Shown here in pieces: positions 50,801-64,000 of a stretch of 64,000 bases of DNA. The number at the start of each line of letters is the position of its first letter. Position 1 is the first letter of the stretch. The stretch spans positions 8,275,751-8,339,750 of the forward strand of contig OZ037773.1 of the NCBI GenBank assembly GCA_964035545.1, written 5' to 3'. This DNA is from Bugula neritina (lineage: Eukaryota > Animalia > Bryozoa). The translations under genes and the position numbers were made by a program. The notes beneath the pieces are model-generated. The model ran no database searches. It was not told where the DNA came from and worked only from the letters and a program-made list of their open reading frames with translations.

Positions 50801-52145
50801 TGCTAGAGTGGGTAGATGTAAACACTGAAATATGAACCCTAGAGTAGGGTTTACAAGTTATACAGTATGGAGTACCTGTAGATTATAGATATAGGCTAGA
50901 GAATATAAAGTATAGAAGGAATTCTAATAATATAGTAATGTACAAGCTAAATCAAATTTGTATTATCGTTTGTTGTAAAATACAGTAAGGGGGCGTACCT
51001 GCTACGTCTTCGTCAGCCCTAACAGCTGCAGGAGGGTACACTTTTAGTTTATTCACCAATGTTGCTGATGCTAAAACAAAGAGAACTGTGCAAATATCCT
51101 TTGGATTCTATATTTAGAATATACGCAGCTTATAACATACAATAGTGTAACAAATATAAAATTTATTTGTATAAATAGCCATCTTACATAGTGAACAGTT
51201 TCAGTACAAGTGAAAATCAGGAGTTATCCACCCAGAATGGGTATCTTAGAAAAAAGTCAAGTATAAACAGAGTACGAAAGAGAAAGACCCCTACTTATGT
51301 CTTCTGAGATTTCATAGTCCGTGCCACATTTCTCGATGCCGGCTACTAACAGGAAGTGAGTTCTATTGACTTCTGATATACATTGCGAGTCCACCAGTGT
51401 TATTTGGTCAGGGGAGATGATGCCTAATCCAATCACTTTGTCACGACTAAAATATTATTACAATAAAGTGCAACAATTTTGCTTGCTAAAATCAAACTGT
51501 TATCATTTAAAAAGGAGAGAAAACAATTAAACAACAAAATGGAGTACAAATTTGCTAACTTCTGTGGTAAATTTCCCTTTCAAGAATTCACCATATTGTA
51601 GTTGACTCAAAAGATGATAAAATACTAAATTGATAGCTTAAGTGAAGCTGACAATAAACTCTGACTCTGGCCCAGCTTTTTGTAAAGCTTTCAAACACTG
51701 TGAAAAAATCCAGATGGAGATAAACAAAGTTGTCAGTTTCACTTTTTTAAAATAAAAAGTAAGTTCTATGCCTAGAGTAGAGTGCACCTATAATTGTATC
51801 AGCTGACAAGGGCATGTACTGATAAACAGCAGGTGCTGCAAGTGCCCCCTAGTTTAAATCATAGTAAGAATGAGGATATGACATCACTAACCTTAAAGAT
51901 ACGTGTATGCCGTCAATTTCACATGAGATCTCCAGAGAAGACTGTAATGACTGTATAGTTGAGTCAAGGTTCTGCGCAGTGAATGCTTCCGTATTTAGGA
52001 ACATCCCAGATTTTGAACCACAGGTCACTATGAAAACAGGAAAAATTCCCTTAGCTTTGTGATAGTATTTTTTATAAACATTTACACTATAGGCTGAATC
52101 CTGGCTCATCTCCCATATTTCGTAGTACAATTCTTTTTTCAATAT
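46216..52145 (-). CDS. Betaglycan/TGFBR3-endoglin-like ZP-domain type I membrane protein (5' exons unresolved)
   Basis: Phase-consistent exons 52145-51892, 51446-51295, 51070-50999, 49495-49410, 48714-48586, 47976-47861, 47503-47368, 46930-46802, 46596-46216. ZP-N ITLVDSQCISEVNRTHFLLVAGIEKCGT, ZP-C DSCF..GCPSDRDV..IYLFCTVTPC..CVSQSEYC, TM VVVISFVMGACLILAICYV, Ser-rich tail. Confidence 0.8.
47634..47829. repeat. (CA)n microsatellite
   Basis: Imperfect CA run. Confidence 0.95.
48280..48581. repeat. 36-38-bp minisatellite, about 8 copies, next to a donor site
   Basis: ACACACAAACCTACACTCATTCTAAAGATGTAAGTATA units. Confidence 0.9.
48689..49007 (-). repeat. 7 x 45-bp array of a splice acceptor plus 26 exonic nt (ZP gene)
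   Basis: Minus-strand unit GTTATTATATACTTTATAG|ACTGATGGTAACTCCCTCTATGATAT; AG at 48715 + 45n, up to 48985. Confidence 0.9.
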
Positions 52146-55100
52146 CTAAGCATTTGCTAGCATGAATCAGTGGGACTCAGCATCTTGGTCACTCATGCTT
52201 TTAACATTCAATTGAACTTGCGTAGGTAAAGATTTTTAATTGTTTTCAATCACATATTCTAATACATTAATTTAATGAGCAAATATTGTAGGAAATTGAA
52301 TTAATGAATAACTGTTGGTTAATGTTGTCCAATACAAGTGCTGGTTCAATTGAATTTCCGTTGAGAATGTTTGCTCAAGTGAAGTAAGCATATAAAATAT
52401 TAGAGAGACAATTAGCCATGTAGATTGTTAGTGTGTGACTACACATGAATAGGTAGTTGGAATGACTAGTATTTACACTTTGGTACACAAAAGGTACCCA
52501 ATTATTACCCATTGTAATCGATTTGTTTAGCTTCTGGTGCAAAACACACTAAAAAAACTGAGTTATTAATTCATTGCATACAATCTCGGGTTGAATGCTG
52601 AAAAGGGCATAAAGGGGCATATGAGGAGCCGTGACTACAGTAAAAGCTGAGTGTATTGGCGAGCTTGAGAATTTCCCTAGAGGAAAAATGATCCACTAGA
52701 GACAGAAATTTCTTTCAGCATGATGGATGTTGAAATAATTATTCAGCAATTACAGTAAACAAATAAAAAGGCAATAACTTCTGTAAAAAAAGGGTTGCCT
52801 AAATTTTCAACATGGAAAATAGTTACACGTTTTTTGTAAACAGTAGCAGCCCATAGGCTGATGAAGGAAATTCTGCTTTATGCTACACTTCAGCTTTTAA
52901 AAAAAATATTTTTACCGTAGCACTATTTTGGCCAAATAATATTATGGGCACACAAGGTGATGGCTAATGAATTCAGATATAGCTATGGTGTCACATGATG
53001 CTGACATGTTTAAACAAGAAAATATGGTCACCTAGACGCCATACATATAGGAGTATAATTATAATTGTTATAATTTCTCTACAAATGAATGCAATTGTCT
53101 GCTCTTACCGAAAGTGATGCACTGGACAGATAACACCAAAAGGGAGAGGAGTAAATGAGTCATTCTTGATTAGTAGCAGTAGTTGTTCTTCTGTACAATG
53201 CCATATAATCACATCCTAAAACAAAAATTGTGCATAATATTGACTGGCATGTTATTTTCTGACAACTCTCAATAGGTGCTCTGTATGACACTGCCCATAG
53301 GTTTCTCAGAAGCACCTCTTTCCTGTTTGTAGTGGAAACACAGCACACAACTACCAAAACACTCGTTACAAAGTTTAAGCCTCCTATAATGTACTATTAG
53401 AAAAATAAGCCTGAAATATTTCCTAATAGAGAAAATTACTGAAATACAAAAATGTTTACATAAAAAGATAAAATATGAAATGATTGCAGTTATTGTTTGT
53501 TGGACAACCTGATGCAATAAACTGAGTGAGGACAAACTATTGACAGTGCACTATATTAGGCAGTTTGAAGGGGCAAGTGAGTGCAATTTAATCTTATCAA
53601 AGAGAGGACTGTTTGTTATTTAAATATCTTGGAAAGTAACTGACTACTCCCTGTAGAAGTATATTTGAGTTGCAACGTTATGTTGTGATCAATGCCGTCT
53701 TTGTAACATCTGTAGCCTAGTTTTGTATTGCAGTCGGAAGAAAAAGAAGCTTTAATTACTTACATATATCTACCAGTACACATGGCACCCACTTACACCT
53801 GCGTGTGTGGCAAGGATACCGATGTCAAGGTTAAACAAGAGATACTTATTGACAATAAACTACACAGCATATCACTTGATTATATAACCCCTTTGTTGGG
53901 ACTACTCAAAATATAAAGAAAAACTTTAATTATAATAATGTTTCTCAGACTAGTACTTTATAGTTAGTACTCTGTACTGACAGTTAGTACTACTCAACAG
54001 ACAATACTGATAGGAGTAACTGGCACTAGTAGTACTCAGTAATATGCTATGGGTGTGATTTCACTTTTGCTTTGCCCAATCTCTATAGCTATAGATGAGT
54101 GTTAGTCAAAGCGGTTCAAAGGCAGTCATGTTTTACATCTTGTTTTGATCAAGCAGTGGATATTGGTTTAATTAAGTGAATATAAGTTAATATTATGCTT
54201 GTAGTAGATGTAATTTACATGCAGAGAGATAACAGCTAACATTCCTTTAATCCCACTCAGTAGCGAGAAATTCTGCCCCACATTCCCAACACTAGCTGCA
54301 ACTTTAAACTCTTTATAATTTAAAACAGTGAATGTTTACTATGAAAAGTTCAAGAGTGATAGGTGATAGCTTTGCATAGAAAAGTCATTTAATAGAGGCA
54401 TCAAGTGTTGAATGCAGTCATCAATGAGATTGAGTTGCCTACTGTATATGCAGTCAATACAGTATACAAGTGGCCCATTCAGTTTCAACTCAAGTAATGA
54501 AATGCTAAACTCTATTCTTGGCTTTTTATACACTCGATAATATTGCACTTGCAGCAATCGTGTTACAGCTTAACTATTATAAAATGGGCAATAAAATGCT
54601 TACTGTTATAATCCTACCCTAGAGGAGAACACTACGCTATTTTATTTTATATTGTTAATTTTTTATAAAATGCTTGGATTGCATTGTGATAGTCACCATA
54701 TTGGTATTGTACTATTTTAATAATGTCTTTTTCATTAATAAATTCTATTATTATAGTGGTAGATGGTGTGCAGGGGAACTGGCATTGCAGAAAATTACAT
54801 TCCTATTTCGTCAACATTGAAAAAATATGATGTTATTCCGTCAGAAGTCCAGCAAGTTGTATATTTAGCAACGGATTATTCTAGAATTAGTACAGCAGCA
54901 CAATAGCTTAGTTGGCAGCATCCACAGTAATTATCTATTTATTTGAGTTGATCACAGAGCAGATGCAACACCAATGCTAAATAGATTAAAGAAATAATCA
55001 ACAGTGTACATCATTGTAGTTTGGTAATAGATTGTAAATATTATCATTAAACTGCTTTTCCGATAGTTTATGAACTGAAAAACAGAGCTGTGACACTGTA

Positions 55101-57784
55101 GTGGTAGTGCTAGTAGCTGTTTTCAGAGGAAATGGAGGGATCCAGGCTCTGAATGGTGCAGAGTCTTGCTTTGGCCACCAGTGTATAGACTATAGACAAT
55201 CTCTCATTCTAGAAAGTTCTGCTAGAGCTACACTATTCCTACCTTCCCTCAATAAAGAGTCTACATTTAATATCCTGAAGAGGCATTTAAATTTGTAATA
55301 CATGAAGTCATATTTACAGTGATGGACAAAGCATACACCAACTGATTTTAGTTCTGTTTTGTTGTTTACAAGAGTTTCCACATATCAGCTGGTAAATAAC
55401 ATCTGAACTCTTCACACTAAAACTTGAGTTGAATTTATTGGAGAAACTAAATTACTGAAACCAAAGTCACCACGAAATGTGGTTCAACTCTTTAATTTTC
55501 ATCTGGTTTAGCACTTGTTTTGATGGGATAATTGTACTTTTATAACTGTGTAAACACAAAAACAAAGAGCATAAATGTGGTTTTGCCAACCAGAGCAACC
55601 TTGAGCTAAGGTTGTTGGTAGAAGATCCAGCTAACAAGAGATCTAAACAATCCCTAAGAAAGCATATTTTGTTACTAGGGCAAAAGATCCTGAAAAGATA
55701 AATTAATTTTTAACATATTTATTTCATTTTATGATATTTTATTTGTTTTAAATAGCTGGACTACAAGACGAAGGCATCTGTGCCAGCTGCGAGTTATATA
55801 ATGTACAGACAGCAATATATTACCGTCTGTGGTACAACATTACTGTTGGCCTGGTGTAATATAAAATAATATAATGCTATCTGCAGCAATATTTATAACT
55901 TGTGCCAGCAGTAATTAAGTAAAACAGAGAATTCAACACAATAAAACAACTTATATTGTCCGTAATCTAAGTTGTAACAGAAGTGTTTGCTGTAACAGAA
56001 GTGTTTATACATCAATACACCCTCATCAATACAACTATATATGGAAAGAGGAACCACAATACAACCCTACACCACAGTTATGCTTTTCCTTTATCAGCAC
56101 GAAAATAAAAATATTATTGACAGAGTTGGTGAATTTATGTTGAGGTCAAATTACAGGCTGGCAACTGCTGCATGAGTGAATGAAAAGCATTGTGTTGGAG
56201 AAGCTGAAAGGAGATCTGAGCAAATGTTTACTCTGGGTATGGCGTTTTGTGGCCATTATTCTCAACTCTATCAATCTCTGTTACTTCTGTTGATTTTATA
56301 GCCTCAGTCAAATTATTTGCTCAGGCCAAAAGAGTGAGACCTAGAGTAGAGTTCGTACTGCTTTTGCATTGAGGAGCTGTGGTTATAGTATTATGTATAA
56401 ACTGCAGCTAAGCAGCTTTCAATATCCTCAAGTGAATAAACAATGGAAAAAACAAACATAGCATTGCACATCGTGGTTTAACAGCACGATGGGTGGGGGC
56501 GCCAGTGTATCCAACCAATAAGTAACTTCAATGGTTAAAGCTGGGCATATGGCTAGGTTTTAAGTCGATCAATGGCTTGATGTATTAAAGTGACATTTAC
56601 ATAATATCGATAGAGTTGATGAAAAATGCAGTGAAGTGACGTGAAACATTGAAACAAGTGAAAATGAGTTACACCAAAGCGTAACTGCCTCTAATCATAC
56701 TAAGTCAGTTTCTAAAATGAAAACAGTAATTTTTTATTCAATTATCACTTTAAACAGAAAAGTATGATCTTTAGCTAAGAAGTCAATTTACCTTCGCTGA
56801 CAAACCTGTGAAATATGCAATTATTCTTGCATTGGATTTAAATTTCTTTTTGAAGTGAATTGGATATGCAATTTGAAATCACAAATGAGTGAGACATTAG
56901 TGCATGTCGCAATAACCACTCAGGAAGCTTAGCCTACGTGCAGCAGAAACTATATGATTATTACTTGATTATTGTAAATAACTATTAGTATTAGATACTG
57001 GGTGCCCTCTAACCCCCCCAACTTCCATCTCAATGGTTCAAACCCCACGGCTATTTCTCATGACACAAAAGAATCTCAAAAAACCTCCTAACTCAAACCA
57101 ATTAGAGTTCCAGTAAGCAACAGATTTCATAAAAAATAATTTCATCAAGTAGAGAATTGAAAATGACCTTCCCACCAATCAGAGATGATGTAACAACCTG
57201 CTTGTATCAGAGAGATCAGAAACCTCACAGCTCTGAGTTTTGTCAATATTGAACCTATAGCTGTCTATTATATTTACTGGCCTATAATATTTACTGCGTG
57301 GTGCATGCCAGAGAAAGCATTGTGAATGACAACTCGAGTCTCTGGGGAATTGAAACCAAATGACAGAAAACTTTACGTATAACTCAGAGATGACTAGTGA
57401 CAGCAGAGCTAGAGGCATGGTGTTACCAAGAAATACTCAACTGAGAGACTGGAAGGATGGCTAACACTATGTTATACAGTTTATACTCCGGTTCTGTATA
57501 TAGGCACGTCAGTCTGCATTCCATACTGGGATACGGAACTTCAACAACTAAGCAAGTTGTGAGAAGAGTATGTAATGCCTAAACTACTGAACTAAACACA
57601 TCTTCAAAAGATAGACAGCTACTGGTTACCATGGCAACAACAGAAGCTGCCTGAGTGAACACAAATATAAGAAAATGCTGTGTATAGAACTCTGTGTCAT
57701 GTGACCGGAGTAAAACATGCTAGTCTACAGTGTTATATATAAATGGATCTTAAAAGTATTTAAATTATCAGAAGAAGACTATAT

Positions 57785-58143
57785 TCTATTATATAATATA
57801 CTATGTTATATGTTATTATGTAATATATTATATTACATATTATTATATAATATATCATATTACATATCATTATGTAGTATATTATATTAAATATTATCAT
57901 ATAATATATTATATTACATAATATTAAATAATATATTGTATTACATATGATCATATAGTATATTATATTACATACTATTATATAATATATCATATTACAT
58001 ATTATTATGTAGTACATTATATTACATATTATCATATAATATATTATATTACACAATATTATAATATATTATATTACATAAGATCATATAATATATTATA
58101 TTACATAATATGATATAATATATTGTATTACATAATATTATAT
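57785..58143. repeat. AT-rich ~27-bp minisatellite
   Basis: ATATAATATATTATATTACATATTATT-like units. Confidence 0.8.
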
Positions 58144-61100
58144 TAAGTTTGGTATACATCTAATTTAACAATATAATCCTATGCATACTTCACTGTGTCT
58201 GATAGAGTAGGTAGATTATGCCCTAAGGTACATCTGAGGCCCAACACAAAGTAAATACAATGCACAGTTTGTGAAAGAATTGACAATGAATATTTATAAC
58301 AATGTTAGTAATCATTCTATTTCGATAAGAGCATTAATCATCCAATATATAATCCTCATATGAATCAATATTATACCCATAGCTAAAAAGGCAGTTACAA
58401 ATAGGAAAATAGTGGACAAATTTTGAAAAAGAAATTCTTCATTTAGTGAAAAGTGTGCATTTTTAGCAGACTAGAAGAGATCAGTGTGATGTGAGTGATA
58501 TAGAGGAGAGATCAATGAGATCTAGATGATAGATACTAAAACATAATAATATTGAGAAGTTCCAAAAGGCGATTGTTTATTTAGTTTATGCTAGAGTTTA
58601 CAGCAAAGATGCAGCTGTCATCCAGGGCAGCACCTTACGCAGGTGTTCACTCGACTAGATTTCACTAGAGATAGTGGACAGCTAGTATTCGTGATTACTA
58701 CTGCAACGGCATAACCCTTATCTCCCTAATCACACTGATAGTTTGATTTGTCATATCTACCCACATAAGTATTATGACCATAACTAACTAGAAAATATTT
58801 ATATTTTTAGTACAAAACCCCACGGCCCTCGGCCTATGGCCTATACTTACACGGCTAACACACTTTTAATATTTTGCACCATAGTATTAGTATTGTATTT
58901 ACTACCATCTTATAAATGTTATTTCCTAATTTTTCGTTTCATAAGTTTTTCATATCTGAAGAAAATCAAAACGACACTTTTGCTTTGCTAACAGAGTAAC
59001 ACTACTACTACCTGCGTTACCTTATATGCTGCTTAGAAATGTGACTTTCCACTCTAAGTCAACCATAGAAGTGAAAGTATTAGTATACTCATCAAACCCA
59101 CAATGCCAGCACTTTACTTATGAAATTACCACTGATACTTGTACTTGTGGGCCAGGGGTGCCCATATTACTATAATAGCAACAACACACTGAAAAACTAC
59201 TACAACTAGTACAGCGTCTACAACTACAAGCGCAAACAACCCTTAATTTATATAAATAACTTTATCCAAATCTGTATTTTATTAATAGCACATTTAGTTG
59301 ATTCCTACGTACCTCGTTAGTTGAATTCTTTCAGTCTGAAGAGTTTTGTATCCAGCGATCCGATATTTAGTACCTTTCCAGATGTAGGACAATTTAATAG
59401 CAGTACAAATACAACGTACAAATGTAGCAGTACGAATACTATGTTGATAATGATTGTACTAACTCAACTTCAAGCAAGTACAACGCGTCCGTACGTTATC
59501 CAGTATATTATTTTGGTCACAAGCACTCCGATGCTGCGAATGATTATACTATACAAACAGCTGTGCTATATATAATATAGAATGCGAATATTGTGAGTAG
59601 TAATTGTTATAATATTGCATGTTATCACAAAAGCCTATAGCACTTGCCGTTGATAACAATAACCCCAAAAGCGTTGAATGGGCTCCATTCGTGTTTGCGT
59701 TTATCGATTGGCCACTCCAGTACCCATTAGCATTATTTGATTGGATATTGAACTTGACAAACTGGCGGCTTGCCAACTCAAAATACCCAAGAAAAGACAA
59801 CCTCTAAATATAAAAATATTGCCACAAATAACCCCTTTAAATTAATTTTATCCTATAATAATTGGTTTTAGAGTTTTTAAACTTTACTTTAAAGTTAAGG
59901 CATTGATACAAGAATATATATTATTGCTATTTTATTTTTCATAGTAATAATCGTTGAGCCCTAAGCTCATTTAAACAAATGTGTTATATTACACAATGTA
60001 ATTTGTATTAATTTCTATATATTTTATATATAGCAAATATTATAATAGATATTTGTTCATAAAATAATTGAAATAACTTGATTTTTTGCATGCGCAGGTC
60101 AGTGTTACATATAATGTCTAATTGCTAATAGACTATAAAATTATTGCATTCTTTTTGTGTGTACATGTAGAATTGAGATCCAGGTTAAAAAAGCTGGTGG
60201 TGGGAAGGGGGGGGGGGTCATATAAATTTAAAAGGGGGACCCTGCTCTGCTTATGTAGTGGTCAATCACAATGGTGCTATAAACTTCCACTACACGTTAT
60301 TTGAATTTAACAAGGTTAGTTTCGAACTAAGGGAATATAACATCATTATATTATAGCTTAGTCACTTACTTATTTCATATAATGCTCTTTCTAAAGCTAC
60401 ATATTATATACAAATAATGAATGAGAAAACAATTCCAATATATTATTTTCCTAACAATATAAGCTGAATTATGTATCTGGACTGTTGATTGCACGATTTG
60501 TTGTTTTTTCAAACTAACTGTATCCTTAGACAATCTGTATTAGCACTCTATCTAAACTGAATTCCAAAAGCTAATAAATTTTGCATCAATTTTGATAAAA
60601 ATTTTTGCATAAACATCAATCATTATATTTAAACAAATTTGAAGGTAAGTGCACATGCAATATTTTCTATAATTTATAATGATTATGTTGAGCAAATTAT
60701 AGTATATAATTACTTAAATATTGGCACGAATCTATATAATATTATGATATAACAGCAGTTAGTTATTTAGAGACAGAGGTGTATCTTTATAAAAAAACAC
60801 TTATTTAAGTACTTTAAGTATATTATAATATCATGACAGAGGGGTGCTCACATCAATGATAGTAATTTATGGGAGATTACCATAAAATATGCTTCTTTAA
60901 ATTATTATACTATATATAATTATACTATATATCATACGATAATGTTTTACATGCATTTGATTATAATGTGTACTATTGAAATCGGATGTTATAAATTATG
61001 CTTTTTCTTCTAAGTTAAAATGAAGCATGCTTATAGCATTGCAAAGTGAGCAGACCACAACACACAACACTTCATCAAAACCCAGCTTTTCCTTCTTATA

Positions 61101-61538
61101 TGAGCACAGAAAATGCTACTTACAGTCAATAACCAGACAATAAATTCTAAATCAACTAGACTTTATTGAATAAAATTATTATGTAATCAAATGTACAGAC
61201 AGGACATAACATGCCTAAGCTAAAGTATAAAAATAGCATAAACTATTCACACAGTATAAAAGGTTTAAAAGGCTAGCCTGATAATTTTGAATAACAAAAA
61301 TAGTGCTTGCAGACTACAACCAGAAAGTGAATGGCACTAGCTAAAGCAGAACTTTGATGGTAGGCGACTGTAGTGAACAGTGCAATAATTGGGAGTTGTG
61401 TGACCAGTAAGCAGCAAGCCTATGTGAGTGTAGATGTCTCATCAGACAGCCTGTTGGTGTGTGAATAATAGCCATGAGGAGTGATTATATTAAGGACGTG
61501 CACTAAGACTAAGTTGAGAAGGAATTGAATCAGCGAGA

Positions 61539-63173
61539 TCACTTGTTCTTCTTAGCAGCGGCAGCGCCGTAGCCTATAACAAACAAGAACCAAAATATAT
61601 GCATATATCAGTTTGCAGTTGTCTTTCCTATTAGAGAAATCATATTTGTTTCCATCTATTGAACAAATGTGTAGAAGTGTAGAACTGTAGTTTTTTCATA
61701 GCAGGAAATGCTCGGCTCTCAGATTAACTTATGTACTTACTTAAAAATTAAAAACTTGTTTAGGGAAGACAACTCAAAATCACTTTATATTAAATAAATC
61801 ATTATGAGCTGGAAAACACTTTCCAAGTTGTACATTAAAATGCAACAACAGCATTTGAGCACTTCAAGTAATGACAGCTGCTGAGAAAAACAGTTGAATA
61901 TAAACAGTTTAAAGCTAGAAAGAGTTGGAAGTAAATTAAGTATTTAATTGAAAAGCATAAGCCTGACGTTTAGCAGAAAATACTAACTCTTCTCTTTCTT
62001 TTGTTGCTTAGCAAGTCTCTTATCTTCCTTAGCCTTTTCCTTGGCTTTCAGGCTACTTACCACTCGGTACACTAGGTATGCTGCAAGTTTCAAAAATTTG
62101 TATACCAGTTTAGGTAAATGGAATAGAAGTTGCACAATCAATCCATTCAATATAAAATGAAGGATAGTTGATAGTGAAAATTTATAATTAGAAAATGTGC
62201 TACCATTATTCTAGATGACTCATTTAACCTACAAACTTAATCTTACTTGAAAGTTTAAGCCAGCAAATTAATAAAGAAACAATGCAATAACACAACAAGA
62301 GATTGGTTATAATTTGGATCAACTGAAAAATCAGTTTATCACAAGATATTTTATTACGACTCTAAAAGTAAGAGTAACATTACTACTAATAGTACTATAA
62401 CATAATCATAATATTAACCTTATAGTTATAGCTATACTTATCATGATAATCATGTTGATATTTATACTTATAGTTATAGACTATAGTAGTAGTAGTAGTA
62501 CTAGTATAGCTTAGTCTTAGGCTTATAGTTACCAGTAACATTAGCTAGGTTATGAGTTACTCAGTTATATGTATAGTTATAAACAGTAATACTCCTAGCC
62601 AGCAGCCTAAGGGTAAGGCTGATGTCTAGTTCAAGCCTCATGTCATTGTCAAACTTCAAACTAAAAGTAAATACTGATAGTGATACTGATAGTGACTAAT
62701 GTAACTGTAAGTGTAGTCTGGTATTGATACTCATAGTCATAGTGATACTCATAGTCATAGTGATACTCATACTGATAGTGATACTCATACTGATAGTGAT
62801 ACTCATACTGATAATCATTATGATTATCATTCTCACTTGCAGTTACTATTAGTATTAGTATTCCTATTAGTATTAGTATTACATTTACTATTAGTTTTAG
62901 TATTACTATTAGTGCTACACTAATAGTAATAGTGTAGAGTCAGTCTGATAGTGATATAATAATGAATTGATACAATATGAATAACTGAAAGAGGATAACT
63001 ATAAGTAACTATAAAATTAAGTATAACAATATGAATATAAATATTAATATGAATAACAATTTCAATTTGAATTACCTACCAAAAACAACTAGAACTATGA
63101 CAGATGCGACTATAAGAACGTTGTTGTCAACACTTTGCTTATAAATAGAATCTTCTCCAGCAAGCTCTACCAT
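61539..63173 (-). CDS. Small single-pass membrane protein with lysine-rich tail, 73 aa, 3 exons
   Basis: Exons 63173-63080, 62080-61988, 61573-61539 (phase 1/1) give MVELAGEDSIYKQSVDNNVLIVASVIVLVVFAYLVYRVVSSLKAKEKAKEDKRLAKQQKKEKSYGAAAAKKNK. AATAAA at 61162-61167. Confidence 0.8.
62725..62812. repeat. 18-bp tandem repeat
   Basis: TGATACTCATA(GTC/CTG)ATAG, about 5 copies. Confidence 0.75.
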
Positions 63174-64000
63174 AATTGAAGTATATTTTATCGAGCACCA
63201 AACAAAAAACCTGTCTACTAAGATTCGAGATAATTTTAAATACACTGCAACCGTGCACAGCTGGCAACCGGAACCATCAGACGTGTCTAAGGTGATAAAT
63301 GAGAGTAGAAAATATAGTAGACATAGAGTTTTCTGAATTAAAACCGCTAGGAAGGGTAGAATATTGTATGCGCAATATTTTCAAAATAACTTTATGAAGA
63401 AGTCGCGCTATCTATTGTTAAACACCCAAAATCCTACAAACATAACTATATTGAAGTTGCGAAGTTTTCATATAAACCCATATTTAAGCAAACTTAAAAA
63501 ACATATTGCGGTAAACCTGAGTCAAACTGTTTGCTTTTTAATCGAGTTCCTGCAACTGCAGTTTAAGTTTATGTAAGCTTCGCCTTCACCTTGTACTATA
63601 ATTAAAATTATTATTAATATTAATTATTATAACGTTAGTTTGTAATTGTTATTATCATTATGGGAATAAATTTAAATGATATATTGTGTTTGTTTAATTT
63701 AGAAAATTTTATATTAGCTATTCAGTTGCATTATTATTATAGCAATATAAGACCGATTATCAACGCATGTTCAACTTCAGTCTTCATGTTGTCGTTGAAC
63801 TTGAAGTTGAAGTTGATGTTCATGTTGATGTTGAACTTCATCTTTCACCTTGATGTTTACATAATGATAATGAGAATTTTAATAAAAATATTACTAATAG
63901 TTGTAGTTATTAGTATTAGTTTAATATAAATTATATTAATATTATTGAATTGAAAATTAAAAAAAAAGTTGTATTATATTTACTATTAGTATTACTAATA

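Noticed and set aside
59040-59800. First exons or signal peptide of the ZP gene
   Set aside because: Plausible location, but no start codon and splice path could be supported.

Overview
AT-rich, intron-dense invertebrate animal genomic DNA. Genes reconstructed by hand from splice sites: flotillin-2 (+, 12 exons, 579-20552, 428 aa); two CD225/dispanin genes nested antisense in its intron 6; a Golgi alpha-mannosidase II-like GH38 gene (-, 22027-32223); cytosolic HSP90 (-, 37540-41352); a betaglycan/TGFBR3-like ZP-domain membrane protein (-, at least 46216-52145); and a 73-aa single-pass membrane protein absent from the ORF track (-, 61539-63173). The HSP90 introns hold six snoRNA-shaped sequences: two SNORD49-like, two SNORD12-like and two H/ACA. 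Mobile DNA comprises a very young pol-deleted Gypsy (Mag-like) LTR element with an extra zinc-knuckle ORF, a tRNA-derived SINE, a Kolobok-type MITE and hAT-like MITEs. The most striking pattern is tandem repeats that amplify splice sites together with adjacent exon sequence in three genes. The largest is a 25 x 45 bp array of the flotillin exon-6 acceptor that stays open and in frame. Family assignments rest on recalled motifs; no searches were run.
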